Below, in pieces: positions 50,358 through 60,816 of a stretch of 64,000 nucleotides of DNA. The stretch is from a virus. The stretch spans positions 16,999 through 80,998 of IMG/VR virus record IMGVR_UViG_3300025121_000038, one strand, 5' to 3'. Under the pieces are notes generated by a model. It was not told the origin of the DNA. It saw nothing but the letters and a program-made list of their open reading frames with translations, and ran no database searches. The translations under genes were made by a program, and so were the position numbers. Position 1 is the first letter of the stretch; every line of letters starts with the position of its first letter.

Positions 50358-50981
50358 TCAACTAAGACGTGTAAACATAGCTTCTGCTTCTTGCTCGTTT
50401 CTGGATGTAGTCTTACATCGATCTCTTAAAGTTTGATACCAAGCATTACTTTTAATCTTAAACATGTCTGGGCCATGTTTACCTTTACCCTTACATACCA
50501 CACCTTCAAAAGCCATTCCTTCTAAAGTTCCATCTTTAATCTGTCTAATCAAATCTTCATTGATAGGCCCTTGGTATAAACACGGGGCATGATCTATATA
50601 CCTACACCAGTCTAAAAACTCATTTGGTAAAAGAATACCCCTCTTATGGACATGTATGTCAATAAGAGTTACGGTATGTGGCTCGTCATAATGTACACCA
50701 AAGGCTGACGTAGGTCCATAAAACTCAAAAAATGCTGTAGCTTCATCTACTCTCTTGGACCTGAAAATTTCATCAAGTTGGTCTCCGTAAAGACTTAGTA
50801 TGAGATCCTTAGCTTGACTCAGGTAGGGAGTTTGGTCATCTAAGAGACCATTACGTTTTCCAAATTTATAGAAACTTCTCTTTCGATTCCACTGAGCCCT
50901 ACAATTCGACCCATCGAATTTTGGAAATACATAATAGTGACCAGACCTAATCTGGGCATCTATACTGGGGTACTGTATCAT
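50358..50981 (-). CDS. RNA-ligase-like nucleotidyltransferase
   Basis: KFDGSN, EFYG, EGVV, FKIK. Confidence 0.75.
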   Translation of the reverse strand: MIQYPSIDAQIRSGHYYVFPKFDGSNCRAQWNRKRSFYKFGKRNGLLDDQTPYLSQAKDLILSLYGDQLDEIFRSKRVDEATAFFEFYGPTSAFGVHYDEPHTVTLIDIHVHKRGILLPNEFLDWCRYIDHAPCLYQGPINEDLIRQIKDGTLEGMAFEGVVCKGKGKHGPDMFKIKSNAWYQTLRDRCKTTSRNEQEAEAMFTRLS

Positions 50982-51809
50982 ACATTCTTTCTAAAGCTTC
51001 TAAACGAGACTCAATATTGTCATATACTAGCTCTAAACGATCTAGCTCTTTATTGACTTCTAAAAGGGATAAATCTATAGCATCAAACTCTCTATGCATT
51101 TTATTAAGTCTCAAAATTTCTGGAATAGGTAAAAAGCTCACAATCAAATGTCTGAAACAATCATAAACCACCCTCACAATCATTTGATAACCAATGACAC
51201 TAGAAATGTCTAGCTGCCATACCCTTACTCTATTGGATTGAACCTCAACTAGATATTTGCCGGGTCTGTTCTTTTTGATTATATTACAGATCCGGATATA
51301 CTCTTCATCCGTAAGCAATCTATCGTGTCGTTCTAGGAACCTACGTTTCGCATGAGCTACAATAGCGTTTGTTTTGGAGTTTCTAGATCCGAATTTTTTC
51401 TTGATGGTTCTCATTTAAGATATTGTTCTTTGTATGTTTTCATGCACATGATCTCATCATATGTCAAAAGGTCTGCTTCCAGAAAACCTTTCTTATTATA
51501 TTCAAACAACTCCTCCCAAACACCAGCTTCTTTAAGATATTGACATGATTCCTTTATTACCGGATGTATAGGACCATCTTTATGTTTCCTCTGCAACGTC
51601 ACATATGTTGCAGAGTTAGATGCAAATATAAGCCTTACTGTCCATGGCGGTCTTAACTCAATTTCTTTAGGATAGGGGCTTGCATACCCTGTTTTAGCCC
51701 AACGAGCTTTCCAACCCTTTTTAAGGAAAAGCAAATGCTCACATTGAGCTTCTCTTCTCCACAAATCTTGGTATTGATTAAAAAACTCATTCAGCCATTT
51801 ATATTCCAT
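50947..51809 (-). CDS. two hypothetical proteins (50947-51414, 51411-51809)
   Basis: ORF track. Confidence 0.65.
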
Positions 51810-51810
51810 A

Positions 51811-51885
51811 TGGTGACCCCGGAAGGGCTCGAACCTCCGACATCTTCTTTAGGAAAGAAGTGTTCTTCCACTGAACTACGGGGCC
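51811..51885 (-). tRNA. tRNA-Arg(CCU)
   Basis: CTTCT-TTCCTAA-AGAAG; CCA. Confidence 0.92.
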
Positions 51886-51891
51886 GAATTA

Positions 51892-51977
51892 AGAGACCGC
51901 TCAGAATCGAACTGAGATTGAGGTATTACCCTCTTCGGTTTTGCAGGCCGACGGCTTTACCAATCACCCACGGTCTC
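51892..51977 (-). tRNA. tRNA-Cys(GCA) with long variable arm
   Basis: Loop CTGCAAA, U73, variable arm GAGG-GTAATA-CCTC; no CCA. Confidence 0.8.
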
Positions 51978-52325
51978 AAAGTCTATGAAATCCATCCACT
52001 ATATTTATTAACGGGAGGAGCATCTTCCAACATCTTTTTAGCCTGCCTTCGCAGCAGCTTACTGGTCATACGCTTCAGGAAAGCTCTTGTTTTCCGAAAT
52101 GAAGACTTTGTTTGAATATCTATCTGATCGTTGCTTGCGCCCATAACACTCCCTTAAAATTAAATTAGAGGCCCTCAGTTGGCAAACCATTTTATAGGTT
52201 TCTTTTATCCTAGACATCAATCTAGTTAATTCCGGATAAAGGAATCTTTCGATCCTCCAAGTCTCAAGGCTTTACGCCCTGGCATTTTCCTCTACGAGTC
52301 TATGCGAGTCTCTAATACTTAAAAT

Positions 52326-52426
52326 TTGTTGCCCCAGTGGGATTCGAACCCACACCCTCGTCGGATAAAGACGCCATACTAACCAAGAAGACGCCATAAG
52401 CGTCTTTATTTATACTATAGGACAAC
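52326..52426 (-). ncRNA. tRNA-like RNA with extra hairpin in the D loop
   Basis: T arm GTGGG-TTCGAAT-CCCAC; AAGACGC-TTATG-GCGTCTT inserted in the D loop; anticodon loop TTTATCC. Confidence 0.55.
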
Positions 52427-52704
52427 TTACTAGAATGTCCCGCCTGCATATCCGGGACGTGGGGGATGCTATCTTCGTAGCTAATGTCTTTGTGTTGACA
52501 TTCCTACTCGAAACCCCTTGGGCCTCAATTTTACTTATGTCTCCACCAAGTTTTTGCTTGGCTTCTTAGATACACAAGGTCCCTGAAACCCGCTACTGTG
52601 TCACGTAGCCTGCCCGGTTAGTTTCCATGCGTGATTCACCATCAACCGGGTAACTGGTTTTACTGTCGAGCACACCGTCTCGCCTTGTTAATTATGAGTG
52701 ATAA

Positions 52705-52805
52705 GTAAAAACATAAGTAGGAGTTGAACCTACACAAAGCTTAGTATTACTACCTCGCATCACCCAGGCACTGGGCTGCCCTCCCATTAGGCTATTATGT
52801 TTTAC
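52705..52805 (-). ncRNA. tRNA-like RNA with 12-bp acceptor and no anticodon loop
   Basis: GTAAAAACATAA/TTATGTTTTTAC; D and T arms intact. Confidence 0.55.
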
Positions 52806-52906
52806 TTACCTTAAGCTGCTTTTCAACAAGGTAACTAAGTAGCTTCTCACTAGGCTGTCTATATAACGCGATGGGTCAAAGAAAAGTAAGAGGATTTCTA
52901 AAATTT

Positions 52907-53757
52907 TTACTCTTTAACTTCTGGATAAGTATACTTTCCACGATTAAAAATCAACTCACTATCTGTAAGCCATCCTTTCTTAATAGCTACAAACCGCCAA
53001 CGCACCCACACTACATCTATTCCAGAAATACCTGGACAGGATCGCAGGGCTCTATCCAAAGCCTTCCCTTCATCTACGGTCACATTGTCAGCATTGTCCA
53101 TAAGAGTATCAGCGTAATTACGCAAGGCAACTGCTACCATTTTTTCGCTATTCTTAGCTTTCATGACTTACTCCATAAGGTCAAATTAAATACCTATGAG
53201 GAGGTAACGGTCGGTCTACGATAGAAGTAAGACTCTGACTAATATATCACACCATCATCTTCATAACCTATAGATCCTACCGCATAATATTCATCTTCAT
53301 CAAGACAATGATAACCGAGCAGAGATTTCTCAGATTTCTGAAGGCTCCATGGGCAAATCTTTTTCTCACGAGCACATTTACCACATATCTTAGGCTCATG
53401 ACCAATCATAGAGTGAGATATAACTATCTGATCACAATATAAACATTTCTTATCCATGACACGATACCCTCAATGTTTCAGGACATTATGATAGCCGTTA
53501 GTCAATTTATAAGACTTGAATCCTTCTTCATCATTCTTACCTAAAAACTCTACCAAAGTACGATGATATTCAGAAGGGCTATGTCGGTATGTATTTCTTT
53601 TCCTGCCTGCTTTCAAATGAGCGGCAAGACCTTCTTTGTACTCTCCTTCTCCCAGACGTTGAAGATATTTTTGAGCAGCACTTTGCCAATGAGTGTCACT
53701 TCTGTCATCGGAAACGATCCTGTCTGACAAATTTAATATTTTTGAGAACGTGTCCAT
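52907..53757 (-). CDS. three hypothetical proteins (52907-53164, 53239-53457, 53470-53757)
   Basis: ORF track. Confidence 0.65.
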
Positions 53758-53764
53758 GCGTCAC

Positions 53765-54589
53765 CTATTCTGGAAGTAGTAAGGTCACTCTCTTCTCTAA
53801 ATCCTGTGGAAGTTTATTCTGAAAATGTTTGATGACCTCTTCTCTGGTATACCTAGAAGAAAAATGAGTGAACAAAATATGTTGATTCTGTAGATCAGAA
53901 GCCCTCTCAAGTATGTGGTCTATGTGTATATGTCCGTGTTTACGAGCACCTTCTGCCGTTACTCTCTCATACTCCAAAAAAGTGACTTCTAGGATTAACA
54001 CTTTAGCTTGTCGGACAAGAGGCTGGTCTAATACATCAATAGCAGTATCTCCACAGAACACAGCTTCCACTTCTTTTATTTCTTGAGTTACAGTAACACC
54101 TTTAAGTCTCAAATCACGTATCACATTAGAGCTAAAATCTCTAAGTTCCGGAAGCAACTGTTGTTTCTTGGATACTAAAGCGTACCCTAAAGATGGTGTA
54201 GTATGATAATTTTGGAAGGTATGTATCTCTTTACTATTATCCAAAGGTACTACATCACCTACATCTAAAGGGTGTATTGCACATTCTAGATCAGATCCAT
54301 TTAATCTTCTCCAAACTGAGAACAAATCTTTCAAATCTTGTTCTTTAGGTCTAGGAAGCCAATACTCTGTAGGAGTCATTCGTTTCAATTCACGGGTAGC
54401 ACAGTGCATTTGCACTCCACCCATGTGATCAGAATGACAATGTGTAAAGAATACTTTTGGAAATTTAGTAGAGAATAATGGACAATGTCCTATGTCAAAA
54501 CATAATTTCCAGGCGGGAAAACCTATACAAGTTTCCCACCCTCCAACAGATATAGCTTCGATGTTTTGATTGCCTAGTGTTAATTTCAT
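53765..54589 (-). CDS. tRNase Z, short-arm (Thermotoga/plant TRZ1-like) type
   Basis: THCHSDH, H..PSLGY, short basic exosite, GDT, EVTF, HxH, THFSSRY. Confidence 0.8.
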   Translation of the reverse strand: MKLTLGNQNIEAISVGGWETCIGFPAWKLCFDIGHCPLFSTKFPKVFFTHCHSDHMGGVQMHCATRELKRMTPTEYWLPRPKEQDLKDLFSVWRRLNGSDLECAIHPLDVGDVVPLDNSKEIHTFQNYHTTPSLGYALVSKKQQLLPELRDFSSNVIRDLRLKGVTVTQEIKEVEAVFCGDTAIDVLDQPLVRQAKVLILEVTFLEYERVTAEGARKHGHIHIDHILERASDLQNQHILFTHFSSRYTREEVIKHFQNKLPQDLEKRVTLLLPE

Positions 54590-54641
54590 ATGATCCTACA
54601 TGTTGTTGTATCTCATATGATATAGAATAGTACAGATAAGT

Positions 54642-56023
54642 TTAAATAGGCTGTCCATCAATGTTTACTTTCATTTCTTTTAATACTCTTTCTAAATCTT
54701 CAGGTGGTACTTCATTTATAAAATCGTACCACCCGCGTTTCGCAAAATCTATATCTAAATGTTTTCTCTTTTGGAAAAGATCTCCGAATTTTTCTCGAAT
54801 TAAATCTAAAAGAGAGTAAGATCTGCCGCTTTGAATTTGTTTGCTTAATACGGATATCTGATTTGATAATTTCATAATATTCCTTAAGGAAGAGGTTTAG
54901 GAGTCCAACCAGATACTCTTTTTTCCATTATTCGAATATCGGATTTTAATTGTTGTATCTGACCTTCAGTCTGTGCTATTACCATCTTATAAGCCTTGTC
55001 CCATTTATGTTCTCCCTTATGAACAAGTATCGTTCGAGAACTATCTTTAAGATGAAGAGAATCTATTCTTCCGGAGTTTAGGTCCGCTAGGTATTTTTCT
55101 GTACCTTCAAGAGTCGGTATGAGATATGTATCTTTATAATTCTTACACCCAGCAGCGGATATCTCATACGGAGGCCACCCTACCCCAGGACAATCCCCAA
55201 TTACATATCCAATACCAGGTCTTTGGAATCCATGAAGAACCATAACGGGAGGATCCGCTATCTTTAATTTCATGTTCATGTTACATATGGAACATGTGCC
55301 GGTATTCTCTCTAGTCCTTTGATCTGCTGGTATATGTGCGCTTACACCTAATATCTCGGCGGCTTCATCTTTCATTTGACTATTATCTTTAAGCCACCAC
55401 CAAATCTTCTGCATCTCGCTATGGGCAAACGATTTACCATTCGGTAGTCGAATTCTAAAACCTATGGCCCCTCTGTATAAAACTGTTTCAAATCCGTATA
55501 CGTCACCAGAGGTTGAATCAAACCCTGTATTTCTTTTGCTATAAGTCAATCTAGACAGATACGTGGCATAATAGGTCCCTTTCTTTATTTTGTCCGGCAA
55601 CTCATGAACATAAGCTCTAGAGAGTATTTTGTAAGACGTTTCTATTGCTTCTTTTTCTTCTTGATCTCTTTCTTCAATAATTTTTGCTCTCTCAGGGCTT
55701 ACGTTCACTTTCCAACTATCGTCTTTGACTTCTCTATCATAGATATATACATAAATTGACTCCTCGGTAGACCCTCGGGAGGTTAAAAAAACCCCCTTCT
55801 TAAAGTCTTTCTGGAAATCTCTATCAATATAGTCTAATTGAACAGGCACTATATCCTTTTCAAAAGACCATCCTCTGAAATAAGGAATCACCTCTAACAA
55901 TTGTTTAGGGGTTAAACCCATTACAGCCCACTTACGTATCTTTTCTAAGATAGCTTTCGATGTTTGTGGGATGTCATTGATGTCAGCGGATAATTTACGT
56001 ATTTGATTTACTATGTCACTCAT
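54642..56023 (-). CDS. two hypothetical proteins (54642-54875, 54884-56023)
   Basis: ORF track; second start reassigned to MSDIV. Confidence 0.7.
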
Positions 56024-56073
56024 ATGTCCTCTTAATGCATTTTTAGAGGATGAATATAAAAACACTATGGAAC

Positions 56074-56109
56074 AAAAAAGGCCGTCTGGTGTAAAAACCA
56101 GACGGCCTT
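56074..56109 (-). terminator. intrinsic terminator
   Basis: AAGGCCGTCTGGT/ACCAGACGGCCTT with U tract. Confidence 0.85.
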
Positions 56110-56116
56110 CAAATTA

Positions 56117-56262
56117 TCTCTGTACAAGTTTAAAGAGCTGTGTCTTTTTAAGACAGCTTTATGGCTGTTGCCTTTTCCAGTTAGGCTACTTCCCCAAATT
56201 TTAGTGGGGAAGGAAGGATTCGAACCTCCATATTTGTGTATGCTCTAGGTGTAGTACAGAGA
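56117..56262 (-). ncRNA. Y-RNA-like RNA carrying a circularly permuted tRNA
   Basis: Closing stem TCTCTGTAC/GTACAGAGA; order is T arm, closed acceptor, D arm. Confidence 0.65.
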
Positions 56263-56276
56263 AACCTTAAAAATTT

Positions 56277-56383
56277 ACTTTGTGCAAATTTACAGTGCTA
56301 TGAGCGACCTTAAAACCTACTCCGAGGTTTTAAGGTCTAAACATATATCCGTGTTTTTGTATGCACCGTATGAGGCACAAAGT
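56277..56383 (-). ncRNA. second member of the same stem family
   Basis: ACTTTGTGC/GCACAAAGT, second stem, then ATACA. Confidence 0.55.
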
Positions 56384-56384
56384 T

Positions 56385-56418
56385 TGGTAGCGAGAGGTTG
56401 GAATCGAACCAAGTATCC
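56385..56418 (-). pseudogene. orphan tRNA 3' end (Met-type)
   Basis: TTGG-TTCGATT-CCAA-CCTCTCGCT-A-CCA. Confidence 0.75.
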
Positions 56419-56427
56419 GCTATATTA

Positions 56428-56501
56428 ATGCGGCAGAAAGAATTGAACTTTCGTCATTGGCTTATGAGGCCAAGCTGGAACCACCTCCAGTCTATGCCGC
56501 A
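56428..56501 (-). tRNA. tRNA-Met(CAU), atypical D arm, no CCA
   Basis: TTGGC-CTCATAA-GCCAA; acceptor extended to 13 bp. Confidence 0.78.
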
Positions 56502-56548
56502 TTAATAGAAACATTATTTCTTAAATAAAGTTAAATTCAGATCCAAAA

Positions 56549-57283
56549 TTATTTCTTATTCTGCCAGAAACCTTTCTCATACCCAAGACCAGAGTAATAG
56601 TCAAAGTCTTCTGGTTTAATTCTTAAATTTTTCTTTTCTTGGACATTACATATACCGATTAAACCTTTGTACTTCTCTCGGTATATTTCTGAATATTTAT
56701 TTTGCATAGTCTGAGAAAGACTTGATCTCATTTCTTCTGTTCTCTCATATTCGCATAAACGTTTCCCCTTAGAATTTTGAGATATCTTTCTTCTTGTTTC
56801 TTCAGAATGTTTAAACCCATTTTTCATTCTTTCTTTTGCTTTCAAAGAGATTTTCTTAAGGGTTTCTTCAGAAAAGAAATTTCCGTGATTTTTCAACAAT
56901 CTTGTCTCTCGTTCTTTTTGGATAACATCTACAGATTTTTTATAGTGAGTACCTATTCTCTTAAGAGATATTTTCTTTTTAGTTTCTTCAGAATGCTTTC
57001 TACCTTTAAAGGTAGCACCACCCTTACCGCCTGGAGCAAGGTTTAAACATTTTTCATCTTTAAGACACTGTTCTAATAAACATATCTCCAAAGCTAAAGC
57101 TTCTTCATATGTAGGTAAATACGCTATTACGGTCTTAATGAAATTATGTCGTCCATATTTTGTGATGGATCTTTTAATACGGATACCTGAACCCATATAT
57201 TTATCATCAATATTTTCAGTTTGATGTACCCCTATATAATATTGATCCGTTAATATATTGGTTATTTTATAAACTATATTCAT
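56549..57283 (-). CDS. GIY-YIG (Seg-like) homing endonuclease with NUMOD3 repeats
   Basis: IVYKITN...YYIG...YMGSG...YG..NF; HSEETKKKIS repeats. Confidence 0.92.
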   Translation of the reverse strand: MNIVYKITNILTDQYYIGVHQTENIDDKYMGSGIRIKRSITKYGRHNFIKTVIAYLPTYEEALALEICLLEQCLKDEKCLNLAPGGKGGATFKGRKHSEETKKKISLKRIGTHYKKSVDVIQKERETRLLKNHGNFFSEETLKKISLKAKERMKNGFKHSEETRRKISQNSKGKRLCEYERTEEMRSSLSQTMQNKYSEIYREKYKGLIGICNVQEKKNLRIKPEDFDYYSGLGYEKGFWQNKK

Positions 57284-57386
57284 AATTAAACCTAGAAAGT
57301 GTTGAGCTATCTTAATCGAATTAACCTCCTAAAAAAGAATTATTGTTCTTTACTTCAGACCAAATACTAACCAAAATGAGGATAAT

Positions 57387-58421
57387 ATGGCTATACCAGA
57401 AAATTTACGCGTCTATTCTAGAAAAGCGGAGACATTCAACATCCATAGTCTCGACGAGACGGTAAAGGCTCGTAAAGGTTTCGCAGTAGATATCAAAAGT
57501 AAAAATTTCCAGGCAACTGCAAGCAACTGGAGTCAGTCTATAACCCATCTAGCTCCTACCCTAAATAGATTCCAAGTTCTATTTGAAGAGGATGGAGACC
57601 TGTCAGAAGATACTCCCAACACTCCCATCAAGCTTAGGTTAGTGAGTCTTGAACATAGAGGTCAAGGTGGTAGGGCTTATAAGGTCGTCACAGAAACCGG
57701 TTACATTTATGATTTCAGAGAAGACGCTTTGATGGATGTTCTAACTACTGTTGGGGTAAGTCCAAAAGGACATTTGAACGGAGAATTTGTTTGGGCTTCT
57801 ATTGGTGCTCAGATGAAACTTATCCTTGTAGGTGGGAAAATTTGGAAGTCTTTCCAAAAAGACAAAGCAAGACAAGAAACCAAGAAAATAGATAACAAAG
57901 ACCTAGAAGTAGGTTGTGTTTACGAAACAAAGAACGGGGGTAAGACATTATTCTTAGGGTGGGGTCATACAGCTTTAGCTCCTAACAAGAAGGTTGGGGT
58001 ATGGAGAGGCATCGCAGGTTCTAGACGTGAGTGGGATCCTCAAACCAGAGAGATAAAGTATATTGAACTAACACCAGAGGAGGAGGTTGGTGATTTAGAC
58101 CCTATTATAGGGTCTAGAGATGTCATAAAGAAAATATCTGGGCCACATGACCTATTCATAAACAGGTTCACAGACATAAGAGAACCTGGTATACGACAAT
58201 TTGTTCGTGAATACGAACAAGAAATATCAAGAAGGTACAACATATCTGATCATTGGGGTAGACCTGCCAATAGAATACCCCCAACTAAACAGGACTTTTT
58301 CCAAAGTCAAATAAATAGTACATGGGATAGAAAGAACGTTTTGAGAGCGACTTTATTTCTTAGAACAGAACCTATTGTCATAGACCCAAGGTTGGTAGAT
58401 TTCTTCCCGCCTAAAGTATAA
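57387..58421 (+). CDS. hypothetical protein, paralogue of 46907-47935
   Basis: GAGG SD; shared N-terminal half. Confidence 0.85.
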   Translation: MAIPENLRVYSRKAETFNIHSLDETVKARKGFAVDIKSKNFQATASNWSQSITHLAPTLNRFQVLFEEDGDLSEDTPNTPIKLRLVSLEHRGQGGRAYKVVTETGYIYDFREDALMDVLTTVGVSPKGHLNGEFVWASIGAQMKLILVGGKIWKSFQKDKARQETKKIDNKDLEVGCVYETKNGGKTLFLGWGHTALAPNKKVGVWRGIAGSRREWDPQTREIKYIELTPEEEVGDLDPIIGSRDVIKKISGPHDLFINRFTDIREPGIRQFVREYEQEISRRYNISDHWGRPANRIPPTKQDFFQSQINSTWDRKNVLRATLFLRTEPIVIDPRLVDFFPPKV

Positions 58422-59181
58422 AAGCTTGATGTCTACGTACCGCTCCTTTAAATCCCGCACCACTAACATCAATATCCACGGGTACTTTTGTATAATGCAT
58501 CAAATAAGTTTTCTCTTTGATGTCCTTCGGAAGGGAGCATAAATCTTCATAATGAGTATGTACCGTACCTAGATATTTGGGTCCAAAGGTACAGTCATGA
58601 AATATGACATCCGCATTAAACAGTCCACATTGAGGATTGAAGATAGTATCTGAAGTGTAGTAAGCTGTTTTCTCCCCTTGTTTTAAGTATATCCCAAAGG
58701 ATGGTTTGTCAAAATTATTGCCTACCACATGTTCTGTTTTATGGAACCGAAATTGTACCCCGCCAAACTCAAACCATGTTGTCGGTATCTCTTCAATTAG
58801 ATCCTTACTACCTGTATTCTTAATGGTTCCATCCTGTGACGTATAATAATCTATACAGCTTGACAGGTATGGGGCAACATCTTTCAAGACACTGGGGGGA
58901 GACCATACTGTTACGCTTTTCCAGCTCGGGCCTAATAAGCCTGTATAATAGCTTTCCCAAATAAGTTGCTCAAGACCGCCTACATGGTCGCCATGCATAT
59001 GAGTCAAAGCGACTCCAGCTATTTCCCAAGGACGAATACCTAATTCTTTGAGGCTTTGTACGGCTGTAGAACCACAATCTATCAAAACCCATCCTTCAGT
59101 GGTTTCTACTATGACATTGTTGTGGTAGTTGTCTCTGTAATCAGTAAAGGCACCACCAGTCCCGAGGAATATTATTTTCAT
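58411..59181 (-). CDS. MBL-fold hydrolase (RNase Z/BN-like)
   Basis: FLGTGGAF, IDCG, THMHGDH, TSDT, HDC, VHTH. Confidence 0.85.
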   Translation of the reverse strand: MKIIFLGTGGAFTDYRDNYHNNVIVETTEGWVLIDCGSTAVQSLKELGIRPWEIAGVALTHMHGDHVGGLEQLIWESYYTGLLGPSWKSVTVWSPPSVLKDVAPYLSSCIDYYTSQDGTIKNTGSKDLIEEIPTTWFEFGGVQFRFHKTEHVVGNNFDKPSFGIYLKQGEKTAYYTSDTIFNPQCGLFNADVIFHDCTFGPKYLGTVHTHYEDLCSLPKDIKEKTYLMHYTKVPVDIDVSGAGFKGAVRRHQAFIL

Positions 59182-59266
59182 GTCGTATCTCCTTTTGTGT
59201 TTCGAGAAATATGACAACAAAAATGAGAATGGATTGTGAAAGAGATTATTTATTGGATATTTAGAG

Positions 59267-59338
59267 AGCACCTACTCAGATTCGAACTGAGGCTACATCT
59301 TTACGAGGGATGAGTTCTGCCCATTAAACTATAGGTGC
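59267..59338 (-). tRNA. tRNA-Thr(CGU)
   Basis: Loop CTCGTAA; no CCA. Confidence 0.87.
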
Positions 59339-59347
59339 GGAGATGTG

Positions 59348-59434
59348 TGGCGGAGAGTAGAGGAATCGAACCCCGAGCCTTTTAGAGCCCCGACAGTTTT
59401 CGAAACTGCTTGTCGACCATCGACCGTACTCTCC
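59348..59434 (-). tRNA. tRNA-Ser(CGA), 8/4 fold
   Basis: GGAGAGTA/TACTCTCC, 4-bp T stem, loop TTCGAAA, G73, CCA. Confidence 0.85.
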
Positions 59435-59542
59435 GGTTTTTTACTTCTTGTTTTTTCGTTCCCAGATCCAGAACCATACTGTTCTAGCTGATTCCCAAAT
59501 CCAAAAATATGCGTTCTTAAAAAATTTCATATATCCCCTTTG

Positions 59543-59632
59543 TGGCGGTGGATAAGAGAATCGAACTCTTGAGAGGGTATTAGCCTCCAGCCGCTTTCAA
59601 GGCGGTTTCCTCGTCCATGCCGGACACCCACC
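59543..59632 (-). tRNA. tRNA-Ser(UGA)
   Basis: Loop CTTGAAA, long variable arm, G73, CCA. Confidence 0.87.
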
Positions 59633-59856
59633 ATATTTAAGACTCAGCAGTCTACCATTTAAATAGAATATGCACAACTCATATCAACAAGATCTAATAC
59701 TTGACAGTGCAAATTAGTCATAAAAATTGTTTTTATATACGATTTTTTATCTCATGACTTTACATTAGAATGAATAGAACTAGACATACTCCATAACCTT
59801 AACGAAACGATCCGATAAGGTTTGTAATCAAAAACTAGAAAACGAGGGTATGACAC

Positions 59857-60510
59857 ATGAGAGCAACCGCAGCACAAGTCGATCAAATCAAAGAATTCCG
59901 CGCTAAAGGCTTAACCTATGACGCGATAGCGCATAAGGTAGACCCGCCAGTGAGCTACTATATCGCTTCTAGGTACTCGAAAGGGGTCGACAAGCCCATC
60001 AAAGGCAATCGTAAAGTAGGACCCACTCCTCAGACAGATACAGCTACACAGACCGTTCAAGCCGTAGGTCAAATTCAAGATACCACTACAAATCAAAGCG
60101 TGACTCAGCCACCTCAAGCTATCTCCAATGTTCAGCACGAGATGGTAGAGATGAGAGTAGCTCTCGCTCTTGCTAAATCCGGTATTACCCCAAGCAAGCC
60201 TATGTTGTGTGGTACATCTTATGAGCTGATCGCAGACAACGGCTCTGACCTGGTCCGGATCAAGGTGGAAGAAGCCATCATCAAGAATGGTGTCCTGTGT
60301 TTCGACAAAATGGGTGGGAGCGTCGACATTTATGCTATCTACGACAAACGTAATGACACCATCTACTGGGTACCCTCCGACGAAAAGTCAAACAAGCTCA
60401 GTCTCAAAGACCGCAAGCGTGGCAAGATGCCAAACGCTTCTGACTATCAGAAGCCGATATTCTCGGGCCTACGATCTGACCAATCTCAATCGGCTTCTAC
60501 TCACCATTGA
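59857..60510 (+). CDS. HTH plus degenerate PD-(D/E)XK domain protein
   Basis: GLTYDAIA HTH; YELIAD...RIKVE in place of YDL...QVK. Confidence 0.65.
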   Translation: MRATAAQVDQIKEFRAKGLTYDAIAHKVDPPVSYYIASRYSKGVDKPIKGNRKVGPTPQTDTATQTVQAVGQIQDTTTNQSVTQPPQAISNVQHEMVEMRVALALAKSGITPSKPMLCGTSYELIADNGSDLVRIKVEEAIIKNGVLCFDKMGGSVDIYAIYDKRNDTIYWVPSDEKSNKLSLKDRKRGKMPNASDYQKPIFSGLRSDQSQSASTHH

Positions 60511-60793
60511 GATACATTTTTACTTCCTCCGAAATCCCATCCAGTAAGTCCTCGTTCATCTGTCTCATCAAGTCTTTAGCCCTGTCCAAATTACCAGACC
60601 GTAAACTCGCTATTATATAAGTCCAGACCGCTTGATAAATAAAGTCTGGAAGTGATTGTGGATTATTCCTTGTAGATTGGATAGATGTTTGTATAGACGC
60701 TATAACGTTCGAATGATCTTCCTCTTTAATAGACCGTCTAATTTTGTAAATAGTAGTGTCCAACAGGGTATAAACAAAAAGCCCTATGATCAT
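60497..60793 (-). CDS. hypothetical protein
   Basis: ORF track; start uncertain. Confidence 0.45.
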   Translation of the reverse strand: MIIGLFVYTLLDTTIYKIRRSIKEEDHSNVIASIQTSIQSTRNNPQSLPDFIYQAVWTYIIASLRSGNLDRAKDLMRQMNEDLLDGISEEVKMYLNGE

Positions 60794-60811
60794 TTGATCA
60801 TAGGGCTTTTT
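60776..60811. terminator. bidirectional-type terminator
   Basis: AAAAAGCCCTATGATCA-TT-TGATCATAGGGCTTTTT. Confidence 0.85.
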
Positions 60812-60816
60812 AAAAA

